Assembly: GCA_964396685.1 (NCBI GenBank)
Contig: CAYNFS010000004.1
Span: forward strand, 1 to 63,639
Direction: 5' to 3'
Length of the DNA stretch: 63,639 bases
Origin: an uncultured Candidatus Saccharibacteria bacterium
GTDB lineage: Bacteria > Patescibacteriota > Doudnabacteria > UBA920 > 2-01-FULL-46-14
Shown piece after piece: positions 28,016-37,308 of this stretch; within the stretch, counting starts at the first letter, position 1; every line of letters begins with the position of its first letter. The notes beneath the pieces were generated by a model, which had not been told where the DNA came from, made no database searches, and was given only the letters and a program-made list of their open reading frames with translations. A program made the translations under genes and the position numbers.

Positions 28016-28312
28016 ATGAGAACTACCCAAACCATGACTATTTCCCTCCCTCCGGGGATGGTAAAAGAATTTGAGAAAATCCGCAGAGCAGAAAATCGAA
28101 CCCGCTCCGAGCTGGTGCGGGAAGCTTTGCGCTATTATATCGAAAGACGCTACCCAATTGTGGAGCCTACCAAAGCGGAACTCAAGGCCATTCGTCGAGG
28201 ACGGGCCGAAATACAACGGGGCAATTATGTAACCCTTGAAAAACTCATAAATGACTTGGCGGCTTCAGGTCGCAAAGCGAGCGCAAAAAGCTCTCGCAAA
28301 GCTCCCCGTTAA
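28016..28312 (+). CDS. ribbon-helix-helix (CopG) antitoxin
   Basis: TMTISLP......FEKI...ENRTRSELVREALR; overlaps the toxin gene. Confidence 0.85.
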   Translation: MRTTQTMTISLPPGMVKEFEKIRRAENRTRSELVREALRYYIERRYPIVEPTKAELKAIRRGRAEIQRGNYVTLEKLINDLAASGRKASAKSSRKAPR

Positions 28313-28508
28313 AGATCGGCAAAGAATCCTCTTGGCGGTTGCCGAGATGCGCAGTAATCCTTTCTCGGGAGATATTGCTCGTCTAAAGTTCGAGCGCACC
28401 GCTTGGCGTCGCAGAGTTGGCAGCTATCGTATCTTTTTTGATGTTTACCCAGATCGCTTTATTGTTGACATTGTAGAGATCACTCGCCGCACCTCTTCAA
28501 CTTACTAA
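28251..28508 (+). CDS. RelE/ParE family toxin
   Basis: W.L....RAQK.L.KL...; WRRRVGSYRIFF. Confidence 0.88.
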   Translation: MTWRLQVAKRAQKALAKLPVKDRQRILLAVAEMRSNPFSGDIARLKFERTAWRRRVGSYRIFFDVYPDRFIVDIVEITRRTSSTY

Positions 28509-28531
28509 CTAAATCCTTCTTAAAACAGCAG

Positions 28532-28553
28532 CTGCCAAATCGGCAGTTTTTTT
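28532..28553 (+). terminator. intrinsic terminator after TA module
   Basis: CTGCC-AAATC-GGCAG followed by T7. Confidence 0.65.
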
Positions 28554-28565
28554 GCTTAACGAACA

Positions 28566-28659
28566 TATTTGACAATTTTGCCGAAATCTGCAATAATCGG
28601 GCGCTGCAACTTGATTTCAAACCCAAAATTCTGCGCCGAAATTTTGGGCTCACAAATTT
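28566..28659. repeat. intergenic block B (copy 1)
   Basis: similar to 29957-30049; starts TATTTGACAATTTTGCCGAAATCTGCAATAATCGGGCG. Confidence 0.9.
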
Positions 28660-29900
28660 ACAAACAATACATCGTAAAAGGGAATAAATTCGACCCTCGT
28701 GCCATTCAAATTTTCCCGCTTTCTTTCCCCTAAATAAACAATATAGGCTCTTGCCGGGTGATATTTAGAGATAAAATTCCGCATGGAGCGAGGAATTCCG
28801 GCTCCCCCGCGGGACTGGAATTTGACCTCAAGGGGAGTAATTTCCTTTCCTGTCTCAATCACGAAATCCACCTCCGCCCGATCTTTTGTGCGCCAGAAAT
28901 GCAAATCCGTCGCGGTATTGGCAATTTTTTGGAAAAGTACAAGAAATACGAAATTTTGAAAGAGAAACCCGGCTCGGCTGCCGGTAAGCTCCCGGCCAAA
29001 ATTGCCGGCAACATAATTGCAAAGTCCCAAATCATCAAAATAGTAAATTGGGGCGCGGGTCAATTCCTTGCGTACATTTCTGAAAAAAGGTGTTAATTTT
29101 TTCAAAATAAATGTTTTTTCCAAATACCAAAGATAATGCTTAACCGTTTTGACGCTAAGTCCTAAAGTCGCGGAAATTTCTGAAAGAGTCACCAGGTTTC
29201 CGATCTGGTCAGCCAGAATCTTCACTAAATGCGTGAAAGCTTCGGTTTTTTCTATCTTCAGTAAATACGCGATATCCTTCTCAAGATAACTTTGGTAAAT
29301 CTCGCTCATGATGTTCTGTTTTTCCCCGACCGAGTCAGCCGTGACCACCGCCGGATAGCCGCCAAATTGCAAGTACTCATCCAGTAGTTTTTTGGCTTTT
29401 GGCTCTTCTATCTGGAAAAAGCGGGGGAGGATGTTTTCGTAACGATAATTGGTTTTATAATTCACAAATTCCTGGAAAGTCAAAGTTGTGAGTTCAAAAA
29501 TTCTTTTGCGCCCGGCCAAGGACTCATGGATTTGTTCCTTGAGTTCCAAACTGCCCGAACCGGAAACAATGAACTTATACGGCAAATCAAGATCGTAGAG
29601 GCCTTTCAAAAAAATTCCGGCGTTTGGCACCCGTTGGATTTCGTCAATGAATACAAAGCCCTTGCTCCGGCCTATCTCTAATTCAATTTTCTGCAATAAA
29701 GTTTCTTGGGAAGCAAAAAACGGCAAATGGGACTGGATGTCCAGATTGAGAAAAAGAGTTTTTTTGCCCTCCTGCCGAAGCTGGTTTTCCAGCAATTTCA
29801 TCAAAGTAGTCTTGCCGGCCTGCCTGGGCCCGGTAATCAAGGTGATTTCTTTGCGGGAAAGATGGGACTGAAGCGGTTTAAACAAATGCCTTTTGATCAT
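28650..29900 (-). CDS. AAA+ ATPase (AAA_14 + DUF4143)
   Basis: GPRQAGKTT, FIDEIQ, SGS, GGYP, C-terminal EVDF...EVK. Confidence 0.9.
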   Translation of the reverse strand: MIKRHLFKPLQSHLSRKEITLITGPRQAGKTTLMKLLENQLRQEGKKTLFLNLDIQSHLPFFASQETLLQKIELEIGRSKGFVFIDEIQRVPNAGIFLKGLYDLDLPYKFIVSGSGSLELKEQIHESLAGRKRIFELTTLTFQEFVNYKTNYRYENILPRFFQIEEPKAKKLLDEYLQFGGYPAVVTADSVGEKQNIMSEIYQSYLEKDIAYLLKIEKTEAFTHLVKILADQIGNLVTLSEISATLGLSVKTVKHYLWYLEKTFILKKLTPFFRNVRKELTRAPIYYFDDLGLCNYVAGNFGRELTGSRAGFLFQNFVFLVLFQKIANTATDLHFWRTKDRAEVDFVIETGKEITPLEVKFQSRGGAGIPRSMRNFISKYHPARAYIVYLGERKRENLNGTRVEFIPFYDVLFVNL

Positions 29901-29907
29901 ATTGCCA

Positions 29908-30049
29908 TTATAGCACGAGTTTTCAGGGAGTCAAGTCCCAAAATGGTCCATTCGGCTATTTGACAATTTTGCCGAAATCTGCAATAATCGGGCGTTGCAA
30001 CTTGATTTCAAACTCAGATTTTTGCGCCGATTTTTCGGCTCAAAAATTT
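29908..30049. repeat. intact A+B intergenic block (copy 2)
   Basis: contiguous version of the blocks at 27904-27960 and 28566-28659. Confidence 0.9.
29960..29988 (+). promoter_or_regulatory. sigma70-like promoter
   Basis: TTGACA-N17-AATAAT upstream of the 30191 operon. Confidence 0.6.
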
Positions 30050-30190
30050 GGGCTGTGAGTATCTCGCAGTTCCAACGCTCTTTGGCAGTATCAAAGAGGA
30101 ATTTCAATTTCAACTAGGATCACTTGCTCCTCTTTTTGCATTGGTCACAAAAACCAGTGGAAGGAGTGGGTGGAAAGGAAAAGGTAGAAT

Positions 30191-31552
30191 ATGGCACATG
30201 AAATTAGCCTCATAGTTGACCCGCCGCAATTAGTAGCTGGCGGAAAATTCTGTGAGGTACGGCTGAAGGCAACTGTGGTGAAGAAGACCAAAAGCGGCGC
30301 AGGAGAAAAAACTGTCGCCGCCAAAGGCACTCTTCAATTCCGCAAAGACGACCAACCAATAATGGAGGGGCCAGTCGATGATAACGGAGTTTTCACTCAT
30401 CGCCTGGAAATCCCTCTCCAAAACGACCAGCAGTCAGTGCGCTTTGATGCAACTTTCCGGTCCCAAGCCGGCGAAGTTGCACACGCACCCTACCAACGCA
30501 TCACCATTCCACCCACCCATCGCGATCGCAGGGACAAAGATCGCAGGCAGGATTGGGAGAGAGTGAGCTACAAGCTCGAACTCAGACACTCTCTCAATCC
30601 GAACGGCGCTGACGAGTACACACTCACCGCAGACGTAACGCTCACTGCGCACGAGCGACGCGGCGAGAAAGACACTCGCGATGTCGCCGTCCCTGGCGCA
30701 ACCATCAAAATTTCCCTCAACGGCAAGGTAGCCAGCACCGGTATCACAGACGGCGCTGGAAAAACCCTTTTCCACTCGGTGCTCAGGGCCAGGGAGGTAG
30801 AGGAAACCTTCTTCATGGTCGCAACGGCCGAAATTGATGGTAAAACCGTTACCGCATCAAGCACCGAAACCGTGAAGGTACCGGCGAAAAGGAGAACGAA
30901 CCAAGAACACAGCTACCATAAGCTCTCCCTCCATGTAATGCGTCAACAGGCCGGCGAGAATCAGTATCGCTACCTGCTCAAAGCCACCTTCCTCAAAGTG
31001 GAGCGGAGAGGCGATGAGACGAAAGAGCATCCTGTTAGGGACACCCCTGTTGTCTTCACGGTCAACTCGCAGGAGCTCTCTTACGGCGACAAGTTGCCAA
31101 CAACCGATGCGACCGGCGAAGCTTTTCTGCAGACCGGAGTCTACGACTCGCTCGACCAGGAACAAGCGATGTATTTTCTGGCCAAGACGGTCGTGGTTGA
31201 CAAGCCGGTGGTATCGCAGACTTTTATTGACAAGCTGCCGGCCCTAGCAAAACCAGTGCCTGCAGTCGCTGCCAATCTCTGGCTCGTCTGCCGCGGCAAC
31301 GCAGCCGAAGTAACCCTCTTTGACAAAGACGGGAAACCCTGCGCCGCGCCGCTCACCATCATCCCGCACGTGACCAATGTAGCAATTCATGACAATTCTG
31401 GGAAAGAAATCACCGCCTGGCCCGTGAATGTTCCGGCCAGCGTTTCGGTGTTTTTCTTCTTCCACGAGGAGGCCAAGAGATTCTCCGCCACTTTCGCCAG
31501 CGGCGGAGCCTCAAAGACCGGGATTATCTACCCGGAGAAAAGGAGCAAGTAA
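30191..31552 (+). CDS. hypothetical protein with 3-4 tandem Ig-like beta domains
   Basis: ~110-aa beta-rich repeats each with a (T/V)D..G motif, charged linkers, no signal peptide; AAGG-type RBS. Confidence 0.7.
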   Translation: MAHEISLIVDPPQLVAGGKFCEVRLKATVVKKTKSGAGEKTVAAKGTLQFRKDDQPIMEGPVDDNGVFTHRLEIPLQNDQQSVRFDATFRSQAGEVAHAPYQRITIPPTHRDRRDKDRRQDWERVSYKLELRHSLNPNGADEYTLTADVTLTAHERRGEKDTRDVAVPGATIKISLNGKVASTGITDGAGKTLFHSVLRAREVEETFFMVATAEIDGKTVTASSTETVKVPAKRRTNQEHSYHKLSLHVMRQQAGENQYRYLLKATFLKVERRGDETKEHPVRDTPVVFTVNSQELSYGDKLPTTDATGEAFLQTGVYDSLDQEQAMYFLAKTVVVDKPVVSQTFIDKLPALAKPVPAVAANLWLVCRGNAAEVTLFDKDGKPCAAPLTIIPHVTNVAIHDNSGKEITAWPVNVPASVSVFFFFHEEAKRFSATFASGGASKTGIIYPEKRSK

Positions 31553-31553
31553 C

Positions 31554-34196
31554 ATGGCGAACGCACAAACCTCCTGGTTCCGGGAGATCCTTTCGGTGAT
31601 CCTGGGCCATCCCATTGGCCAGTTTTTGAGCAATGCGCTCAAGGATCTATTTCAAAAAGCCGGGGAACATGTGACCGAGAAGGAGATCAAGGTCATCATG
31701 ACCAAGATCTTCGGGCCGGGTACGGAGGATGAACGCCGGTTCACCCTGGCTATGAGTTTTCTTGATCCCAACGAACAAAAACGGATCTGGGAGATGCTCG
31801 GCCAGCTTGAATCGCACCAAAGTGATTACTTCCGGATCACTGTAATGCAAGAAAAACCGGAAGACATCGCCAAAGTACTGCGTGAAGTTTACGCAGTCAT
31901 GGACGATAAGGCCTGGCAAAACGCGATCCAAGTCATGAATTACGACTTGGAGCACATTCAGGACAAATGGACGAGAGTTCAGAACTGGATCGGCGCCAAC
32001 TGGCGCACTCACGTTTGGCCAGCCCTTCGCGCCTTTGGCTGGTGGCGGGCAATCGGCCTTGTCGCTCTGGTGTGGTTTCTTGACCGTACGACCCCATCGC
32101 AAATCGGCCAAGCGATTGCCACAACAGCCAAAGCGATCTGGACCCAAGTCACGGCTAGTGGTGGTGGCCTCGGCAAAGGACTGGGTTGGCTCGGAACTAA
32201 ATTCGGCGCAGGACTCAAAGCCACATTCTCCGGTCTCGGAAAGGGAATTTCGGCAACCGCCAAGGGAACAGCAGAAGCAAGCGGCTGGCTCGCTAGCATA
32301 GTGGCGTGGCTTGTCAGAAACATCCTGGCTGTGACACTGGGCCTTCTGGGTCTTGTCGCCGCTCTCGGTGTGCTTTTTCTGGCATCCCCCACATTCCGCC
32401 AGCAGGTATTCACGCTTGGCCCGTCGGTACTGGTGTGTGGTGTTATACTCACGGCAATAACCATTGCTTGGGTGACCCATCATCATTACCATGCGGGCTG
32501 GGTTGTCACCCTGCTCGGCATGTACTGGCTGATCCTACTCGGCACCCTGTGGCCCGGGTTCTTAGCGAATCTGGCCACGATCGGCTTACCCCTCTTCGCG
32601 CTCCTGGCGGCTGTTCTCCTAATCCTTTCCGGATGGATGACGACAGTTCGCTGGTGGCGCCGCATTGCCTACGCTTTGACGACTATCTTGCTCGGCGTCT
32701 TGCTCCTCCCGCCTGTTTACCGGTGGGTGGCGGGGACGAGCTTCGGGCAAATCAGCGGCCGGTATTTCAACGCCGTTGGCGGCCAGAAGTTCACCCAGTG
32801 GGTACGCGCCATCGTCCCTCGGGAGATTGATCGCGGTCTTACATTGGGTGAAGTCACCGAGGACGCCAGCCTGTACGTGCAGGAGGCCGGCAAGCTCAAG
32901 CCCAAGGTGCTTGTCGAAACTCTCGAGGTCAAAACGAAAGAGCCGATTATAATCCTTTGGGGAGTAAAGATCGGCGAAATTGAGAAGGTTGAAGAGAAGA
33001 CCATAGAGAAACGGCAGGTACTCAAGGCCGGGACGAAGGTCAAGGTCTGGCAGGCACGGCCGAACCTGGTGTTTGACGACGGCGAGAACGACGAGCCGGT
33101 CCTGAAGGTGAAAATCGCTGACGAAAGCGGCGAATTCATCACCAGCAAGGAAGAGCTCTATGTTGTCGCCCGCAAGGTTCGCCTCACAAGCCCGCTTCCT
33201 GCCAAGGCCGACATGCGGCCCACCCCGTGGTACCACCACCTCATCTATCTCTTGGCCATGATCGTCGGAATGTGGATGATCATGAACTTGCCGCCAAAGG
33301 AGAAGCTGGGACGGAGGATCACTTGGGTGGCAATGACGGTCGTCATGCTGCCAATGGCGGTCTATATGTTAATCAACATGATAGACGCCAAGGCAGCACC
33401 AATTCCAACCCGCACGACTACGGTCACCACGACCCGCATCGGCCAGCCAGTAAGCGGCGTCATCGGGCCGCCGGAGTATGTGGCTCTGGTGGACAAGTAT
33501 CTCGCCCAGTACCCGACCGTGCCGCGGAATCTGGCGCTGGCGATGATTCAGGTTGAATCTAGCTGGGATCCGCGCGCGGTCTCGCCGCGAGGGGCGCAGG
33601 GCCTCATGCAGTTGATGCCGGATACGGCTAGGCTGCTTGGGGTCAGCGACCCCTTCGACCCAGACCAGAACATCCGCGGAGGGATCCAGTACCTCGCGCA
33701 GCAGCTTGCTGATTTCTCCTCTACGGAGCTGGCGCTGGTAGCCTATCACTGGGGACCAGAGAACGTCCGGAAACACCCGGGCAAGACCTGGGAGCAAATT
33801 CTGGCAAGCTCGGACGAACCCAGACCTGGACCACTCACGATCGACTACGTCCGGGATGTAATTGCGTTGGCTCGCGGTCAAGCTCCCGGCCAACCCGGTG
33901 TGCAGATGGCCGTAACCCCCCCACCTCCTCCGCCACCCAAGGAGTTTGAGATATCCTTCGGGCTTGCGGAAGGTACCACCTACGAGACTGTGGTCGTAAC
34001 CTGCACCACGGACTCAAAGGTGGAAACGGCCGAAATGACAAAAAAACGGCCGTACTGGGGATTCAAAATCACCCCGGCCACGCGCTGTGTGGCGCAGGAT
34101 GAAGCCGGAAGGGAAATCAAGTTGGTTGACTCAAAAGGTCAATTACTTCCAACCGGATTTCAACCCAAACCCAACCTCGTGGCCTGGGTGCAATAA
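31554..34196 (+). CDS. polytopic membrane protein with C-terminal lytic transglycosylase (SLT) domain
   Basis: start MANAQ after AAGGAG; many TM helices; 'MIQVESS...AVSPRGAQGLMQLMP.TA...DP..NI.GG..YL...LALVAYHWG'. Confidence 0.85.
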   Translation: MANAQTSWFREILSVILGHPIGQFLSNALKDLFQKAGEHVTEKEIKVIMTKIFGPGTEDERRFTLAMSFLDPNEQKRIWEMLGQLESHQSDYFRITVMQEKPEDIAKVLREVYAVMDDKAWQNAIQVMNYDLEHIQDKWTRVQNWIGANWRTHVWPALRAFGWWRAIGLVALVWFLDRTTPSQIGQAIATTAKAIWTQVTASGGGLGKGLGWLGTKFGAGLKATFSGLGKGISATAKGTAEASGWLASIVAWLVRNILAVTLGLLGLVAALGVLFLASPTFRQQVFTLGPSVLVCGVILTAITIAWVTHHHYHAGWVVTLLGMYWLILLGTLWPGFLANLATIGLPLFALLAAVLLILSGWMTTVRWWRRIAYALTTILLGVLLLPPVYRWVAGTSFGQISGRYFNAVGGQKFTQWVRAIVPREIDRGLTLGEVTEDASLYVQEAGKLKPKVLVETLEVKTKEPIIILWGVKIGEIEKVEEKTIEKRQVLKAGTKVKVWQARPNLVFDDGENDEPVLKVKIADESGEFITSKEELYVVARKVRLTSPLPAKADMRPTPWYHHLIYLLAMIVGMWMIMNLPPKEKLGRRITWVAMTVVMLPMAVYMLINMIDAKAAPIPTRTTTVTTTRIGQPVSGVIGPPEYVALVDKYLAQYPTVPRNLALAMIQVESSWDPRAVSPRGAQGLMQLMPDTARLLGVSDPFDPDQNIRGGIQYLAQQLADFSSTELALVAYHWGPENVRKHPGKTWEQILASSDEPRPGPLTIDYVRDVIALARGQAPGQPGVQMAVTPPPPPPPKEFEISFGLAEGTTYETVVVTCTTDSKVETAEMTKKRPYWGFKITPATRCVAQDEAGREIKLVDSKGQLLPTGFQPKPNLVAWVQ

Positions 34197-34282
34197 AGGA
34201 GGAACGCTATTTGGCCTCAACCCGTCAAAAAACGGGTCTGGGGCAAGGCAGGGCGTCTGCCTAAAGACCCAATAAAGACGCC

Positions 34283-34314
34283 AAAAGGCTCGGATTCTTC
34301 CGAGCCTTTTTTTT
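34283..34314 (+). terminator. intrinsic terminator
   Basis: AAAAGGCTCGGA-TTCT-TCCGAGCCTTTT followed by T-run. Confidence 0.8.
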
Positions 34315-34325
34315 GCAAAAAAATT

Positions 34326-34718
34326 TTATTCCTCCTCTTTGCTTAAAGAGGAGGAGGGGAGGAGTTCCTCGATTGAGTTAACAATAGCTTTATAAACACC
34401 TTCAGAATTATATAGTACATCATTATTCCAAAAACGCAAAACTTTGATGCCAAACGAGTTTAGGTACTTTGTTCTAAGGGCGTCAGATCTTTCAACTTCG
34501 TCATCACTATGATGTCCGCCATCTATTTCTATGGCAAATTTTAGCTTAGGACAATAAAAATCTAAGATAAAATTGCCGACCCCGGATTGTCTAAGGAATT
34601 TCAGATTCCCGATCTGCCTGTTTCGAACGAGATTCCAAACAATTCTTTCCGCCTTGGTTGAGTCTCTACGAAGTTGTCGCTTGAGAGGTTTCAGCTTTAA
34701 TTTATTATAGATTCTCAC
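34326..34718 (-). CDS. DUF559 (Vsr-like) endonuclease
   Basis: LRRDST.AE...W...R......KF.RQ.......DFYC......IEIDG..H...D..RT..L...G..VLRFWN. Confidence 0.9.
   Translation of the reverse strand: MRIYNKLKLKPLKRQLRRDSTKAERIVWNLVRNRQIGNLKFLRQSGVGNFILDFYCPKLKFAIEIDGGHHSDDEVERSDALRTKYLNSFGIKVLRFWNNDVLYNSEGVYKAIVNSIEELLPSSSLSKEEE
34328..34366. repeat. C/G-rich hairpin at the 3' end of DUF559
   Basis: TTCCTCCTCTTTGCTTAAAGAGGAGGAGGGGGAGGAG; encodes LLPSSSLSKEEE. Confidence 0.75.
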
Positions 34719-34730
34719 TTTTTATTCGAA

Positions 34731-34803
34731 CTCACCCTTCCCTCTCTTTGGAAAAGAGAGGGGATTCCTCTTCTTTTTCCAAAGATGAGGTGGGGAGGAG
34801 TTC
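34731..34803. repeat. C/G-rich hairpins upstream of DUF559
   Basis: CCCTCTCTTTGGAAAAGAGAGGG...TCTTCTTTTTCCAAAGATGAGGTGGGGAGGAG. Confidence 0.7.
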
Positions 34804-34820
34804 TCCAAGATAGGGAAAAA

Positions 34821-35261
34821 TCAAGCCCCAAACGAGCCGAAAATCAAAGCATTGGTAATCACCCTGACAATCACAAAAGACAGCACGACAATCACCACCC
34901 CGATAATCGCGTGGGTCAAAGTTTTTTTGGCGGCTTCGGCTTGTTCCTCATTGCCGTGAGCCGTGACATAGCGATATCCGCCGACAATCACAAACAAAAC
35001 AGCAAGAAGCCCGACAATCCAGAGGGCGATTTGGATAAGCCCAATGATGAGACTGGTGGCCGTGCTGGCCCCGGCCGGCGCGCAAGGCCCGATCACAATC
35101 CCAAGCAAAGTGATACATGCTCCAAACTGGATGTTGCGCGGCACCGGCACCGGCTCTGTGGGATTGATTCCAATTTGCGCTAAAGCATTAAAAAAAGGCA
35201 AAATCGAAAGAGAAAGCACTAGTATCCAAAAAGCAATTTTTTTAAATCTTTTTCGAAACAT
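34821..35261 (-). CDS. TrbC/VirB2-like (T4SS_pilin) pilin 7
   Basis: GGYRYVTAHGNEEQAEAAKKTLTHAIIG flanked by TM helices. Confidence 0.85.
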   Translation of the reverse strand: MFRKRFKKIAFWILVLSLSILPFFNALAQIGINPTEPVPVPRNIQFGACITLLGIVIGPCAPAGASTATSLIIGLIQIALWIVGLLAVLFVIVGGYRYVTAHGNEEQAEAAKKTLTHAIIGVVIVVLSFVIVRVITNALIFGSFGA

Positions 35262-35270
35262 ACATAAAAA

Positions 35271-35702
35271 TCAGAAAGGCGATCCAAAAATTAAGATATT
35301 GGTGATAATCCTGATCATGGTAAAAGCCAGCACGACGACGATCAAACCGACGATGGCATTTGTGAGGGTCTTCTTGGCGGCCTCGGTTGCTTCCTCGTTG
35401 CCGCGGGCGGTGAGATACCGCAGTCCTCCCCACATCAGGAAAAGCACGGCCAGGGACCCCACTACCATAAGCGCAACATCCAAAATTATGACAATCGTAT
35501 CGCCAAAAGTTCCCCTGCTCGCAATGCCCTCATCTGCAGTATCAAACAGACAAGGAACCTTTACCAGTCCTTGCCCGCCAATTCTGCAAAAATTCTGCCC
35601 AAACGCAGCAACTGGCGCAAAAACCAAAAACAAACACAAAATGCTTAATCCCAGACTTTTTAATTTTTCGCTTTTCGCTTTTCGCTTTTCGCTTTGCGTC
35701 AT
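35271..35702 (-). CDS. TrbC/VirB2-like pilin 6
   Basis: GGLRYLTARGNEEATEAAKKTLTNAIVG. Confidence 0.85.
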   Translation of the reverse strand: MTQSEKRKAKSEKLKSLGLSILCLFLVFAPVAAFGQNFCRIGGQGLVKVPCLFDTADEGIASRGTFGDTIVIILDVALMVVGSLAVLFLMWGGLRYLTARGNEEATEAAKKTLTNAIVGLIVVVLAFTMIRIITNILIFGSPF

Positions 35703-36106
35703 ATCCCCGTTCCCGGCACTCCCTTAAGAAGCACCGCCGCAATAATGGTCACAATCGCATAAGCCATTACGATAATCACCAGCCCCCAGATGGAGCTGGT
35801 GATGGTTTTTTTGGCGGCTTCGGTCGCTTCTTCATTGCCTCTTGCGATTACATATTTGTAGCCGCCCCACATCAGGAAAATCACGGCAACGCTCGCGGCC
35901 ACAATCAGCAAGATCTGAATAATGACGGTAATGAGCTTCCCCAGATCTGTTGCTTGGGTAGGCGAATTAGGATCGCCACCAAAAATTCCCTTAAGATCTT
36001 GAAAAAGCTTGCTGTCAATCCCCGCCCCATAAGTTAATATGGGAACGAGCAGGAAAACTAGCCCGCCCAAAACCAAAAAAAACCAAAATTTTCCTTTTTG
36101 TCTCAT
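35699..36106 (-). CDS. TrbC/VirB2-like pilin 5
   Basis: GGYKYVIARGNEEATEAAKKTITSSIWG. Confidence 0.85.
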   Translation of the reverse strand: MRQKGKFWFFLVLGGLVFLLVPILTYGAGIDSKLFQDLKGIFGGDPNSPTQATDLGKLITVIIQILLIVAASVAVIFLMWGGYKYVIARGNEEATEAAKKTITSSIWGLVIIVMAYAIVTIIAAVLLKGVPGTGI

Positions 36107-36127
36107 TATTAGCCTGACTGCTCTGTC

Positions 36128-36502
36128 TTAAACGTTCTGGGAGATCAAAGCGTTGGCAATGACCCGGACTATGACAAAGGCCAAGATGATGATGACGATA
36201 CCGATAATCGCGTTGGTAATAGTCTTTTTGGCCGATTCTGCAGTTTCTTCATTGCCTCCGGCCGTAATATAGCGAAACCCGCCGACAATAAGGAATATAA
36301 CAGCAACAAGGCCGGCAATAGCCAGCAGAATTTCAACAATGCGGATAATGATTTCGGTCGCGGTATTTACACTTCCTACCGGATCCGAAGGATCGCTCGG
36401 GTTGCGAAACTGCGCTCCCGCCACAAGCGGCAGTACCAGCACCGCAAGAAGCAAAAAGATCGATACAATATTGGCTGTTTTAATGGGATTTATGTTTCTC
36501 AT
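36128..36502 (-). CDS. TrbC/VirB2-like pilin 4
   Basis: GGFRYITAGGNEETAESAKKTITNAIIG. Confidence 0.88.
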   Translation of the reverse strand: MRNINPIKTANIVSIFLLLAVLVLPLVAGAQFRNPSDPSDPVGSVNTATEIIIRIVEILLAIAGLVAVIFLIVGGFRYITAGGNEETAESAKKTITNAIIGIVIIILAFVIVRVIANALISQNV

Positions 36503-36685
36503 TTGTAATTATGCGATCCGAATGATACTAATTTTCATCCGAATGTTCCGAATATATTAGGATAATTCAGATGTCATTCGTATATTAGAATCGCTGTTTT
36601 TTAAGGAATAACTCTCGACCTCGAGTTATTTTTAATTATCAACAATACTTGCATATTATAGCATATTCCAAAAAATAATGCCAGC

Positions 36686-37306
36686 TTACGGCCCCGTGCG
36701 GACACAATCACCCACGGTAAGCCCGCCAGGGTTCTGACAAGCGCAGCCCCCCGTCCGAGTCCGCCTGCATAAAAGCCCGGTATTGCATTCCGAATCGCCG
36801 GTACAAGTGGAGCCTGCGACTCCGCCGCCACCACCTCCTCCCGAAGGATTGCTCGAACCCCCACTCCCTCCTCCTGTGGCGGGGGCGGGGGCAGTTGTCA
36901 AAATGGTATTCACAATCGCCACGATGGCAAAAGCCAAAACAATCACCACAATGCCGACTACCGCGTAAGTGATGGTTTTTTTGGCCTTTTCCGTGGCCTC
37001 TTCATTGCCTCTTGAGGCCACATACTGAAAGCCTCCGACAATCAAAAAGAGCACCGCAATCCCGCCGGCGGCGTATAAAAGCCACGTAATGAAATGCCTA
37101 AGAAGCGCTCCAAAATCCGTGAAGTTAACCAATTGGCCGGGGGCGGGGTTTCCTAATACACATTTGTTTGGCGAAATCTCACATTGACCAGCAGGGCAGC
37201 TCCCTTGGATGCACGGCCTTTCCTCTTGAGCATTTACTAGCAAAGGAGGACTAAACAAGATCAAGAAACCTAAAACCAAAAGTATTTTATAATTTTGTTT
37301 CTTCAT
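36686..37306 (-). CDS. TrbC/VirB2-like pilin 3 with Cys-rich N- and C-terminal extensions
   Basis: start MKKQNY; GGFQYVASRGNEEATEKAKKTITYAVVG; Gly/Ser linker, then a 6-Cys domain. Confidence 0.85.
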   Translation of the reverse strand: MKKQNYKILLVLGFLILFSPPLLVNAQEERPCIQGSCPAGQCEISPNKCVLGNPAPGQLVNFTDFGALLRHFITWLLYAAGGIAVLFLIVGGFQYVASRGNEEATEKAKKTITYAVVGIVVIVLAFAIVAIVNTILTTAPAPATGGGSGGSSNPSGGGGGGGVAGSTCTGDSECNTGLLCRRTRTGGCACQNPGGLTVGDCVRTGP

Positions 37307-37308
37307 TT

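Noticed and set aside
30191-34196. Prophage interpretation of the Ig/SLT locus
   Set aside because: No capsid, terminase, portal, tail or integrase genes nearby; the locus has its own promoter and terminator.
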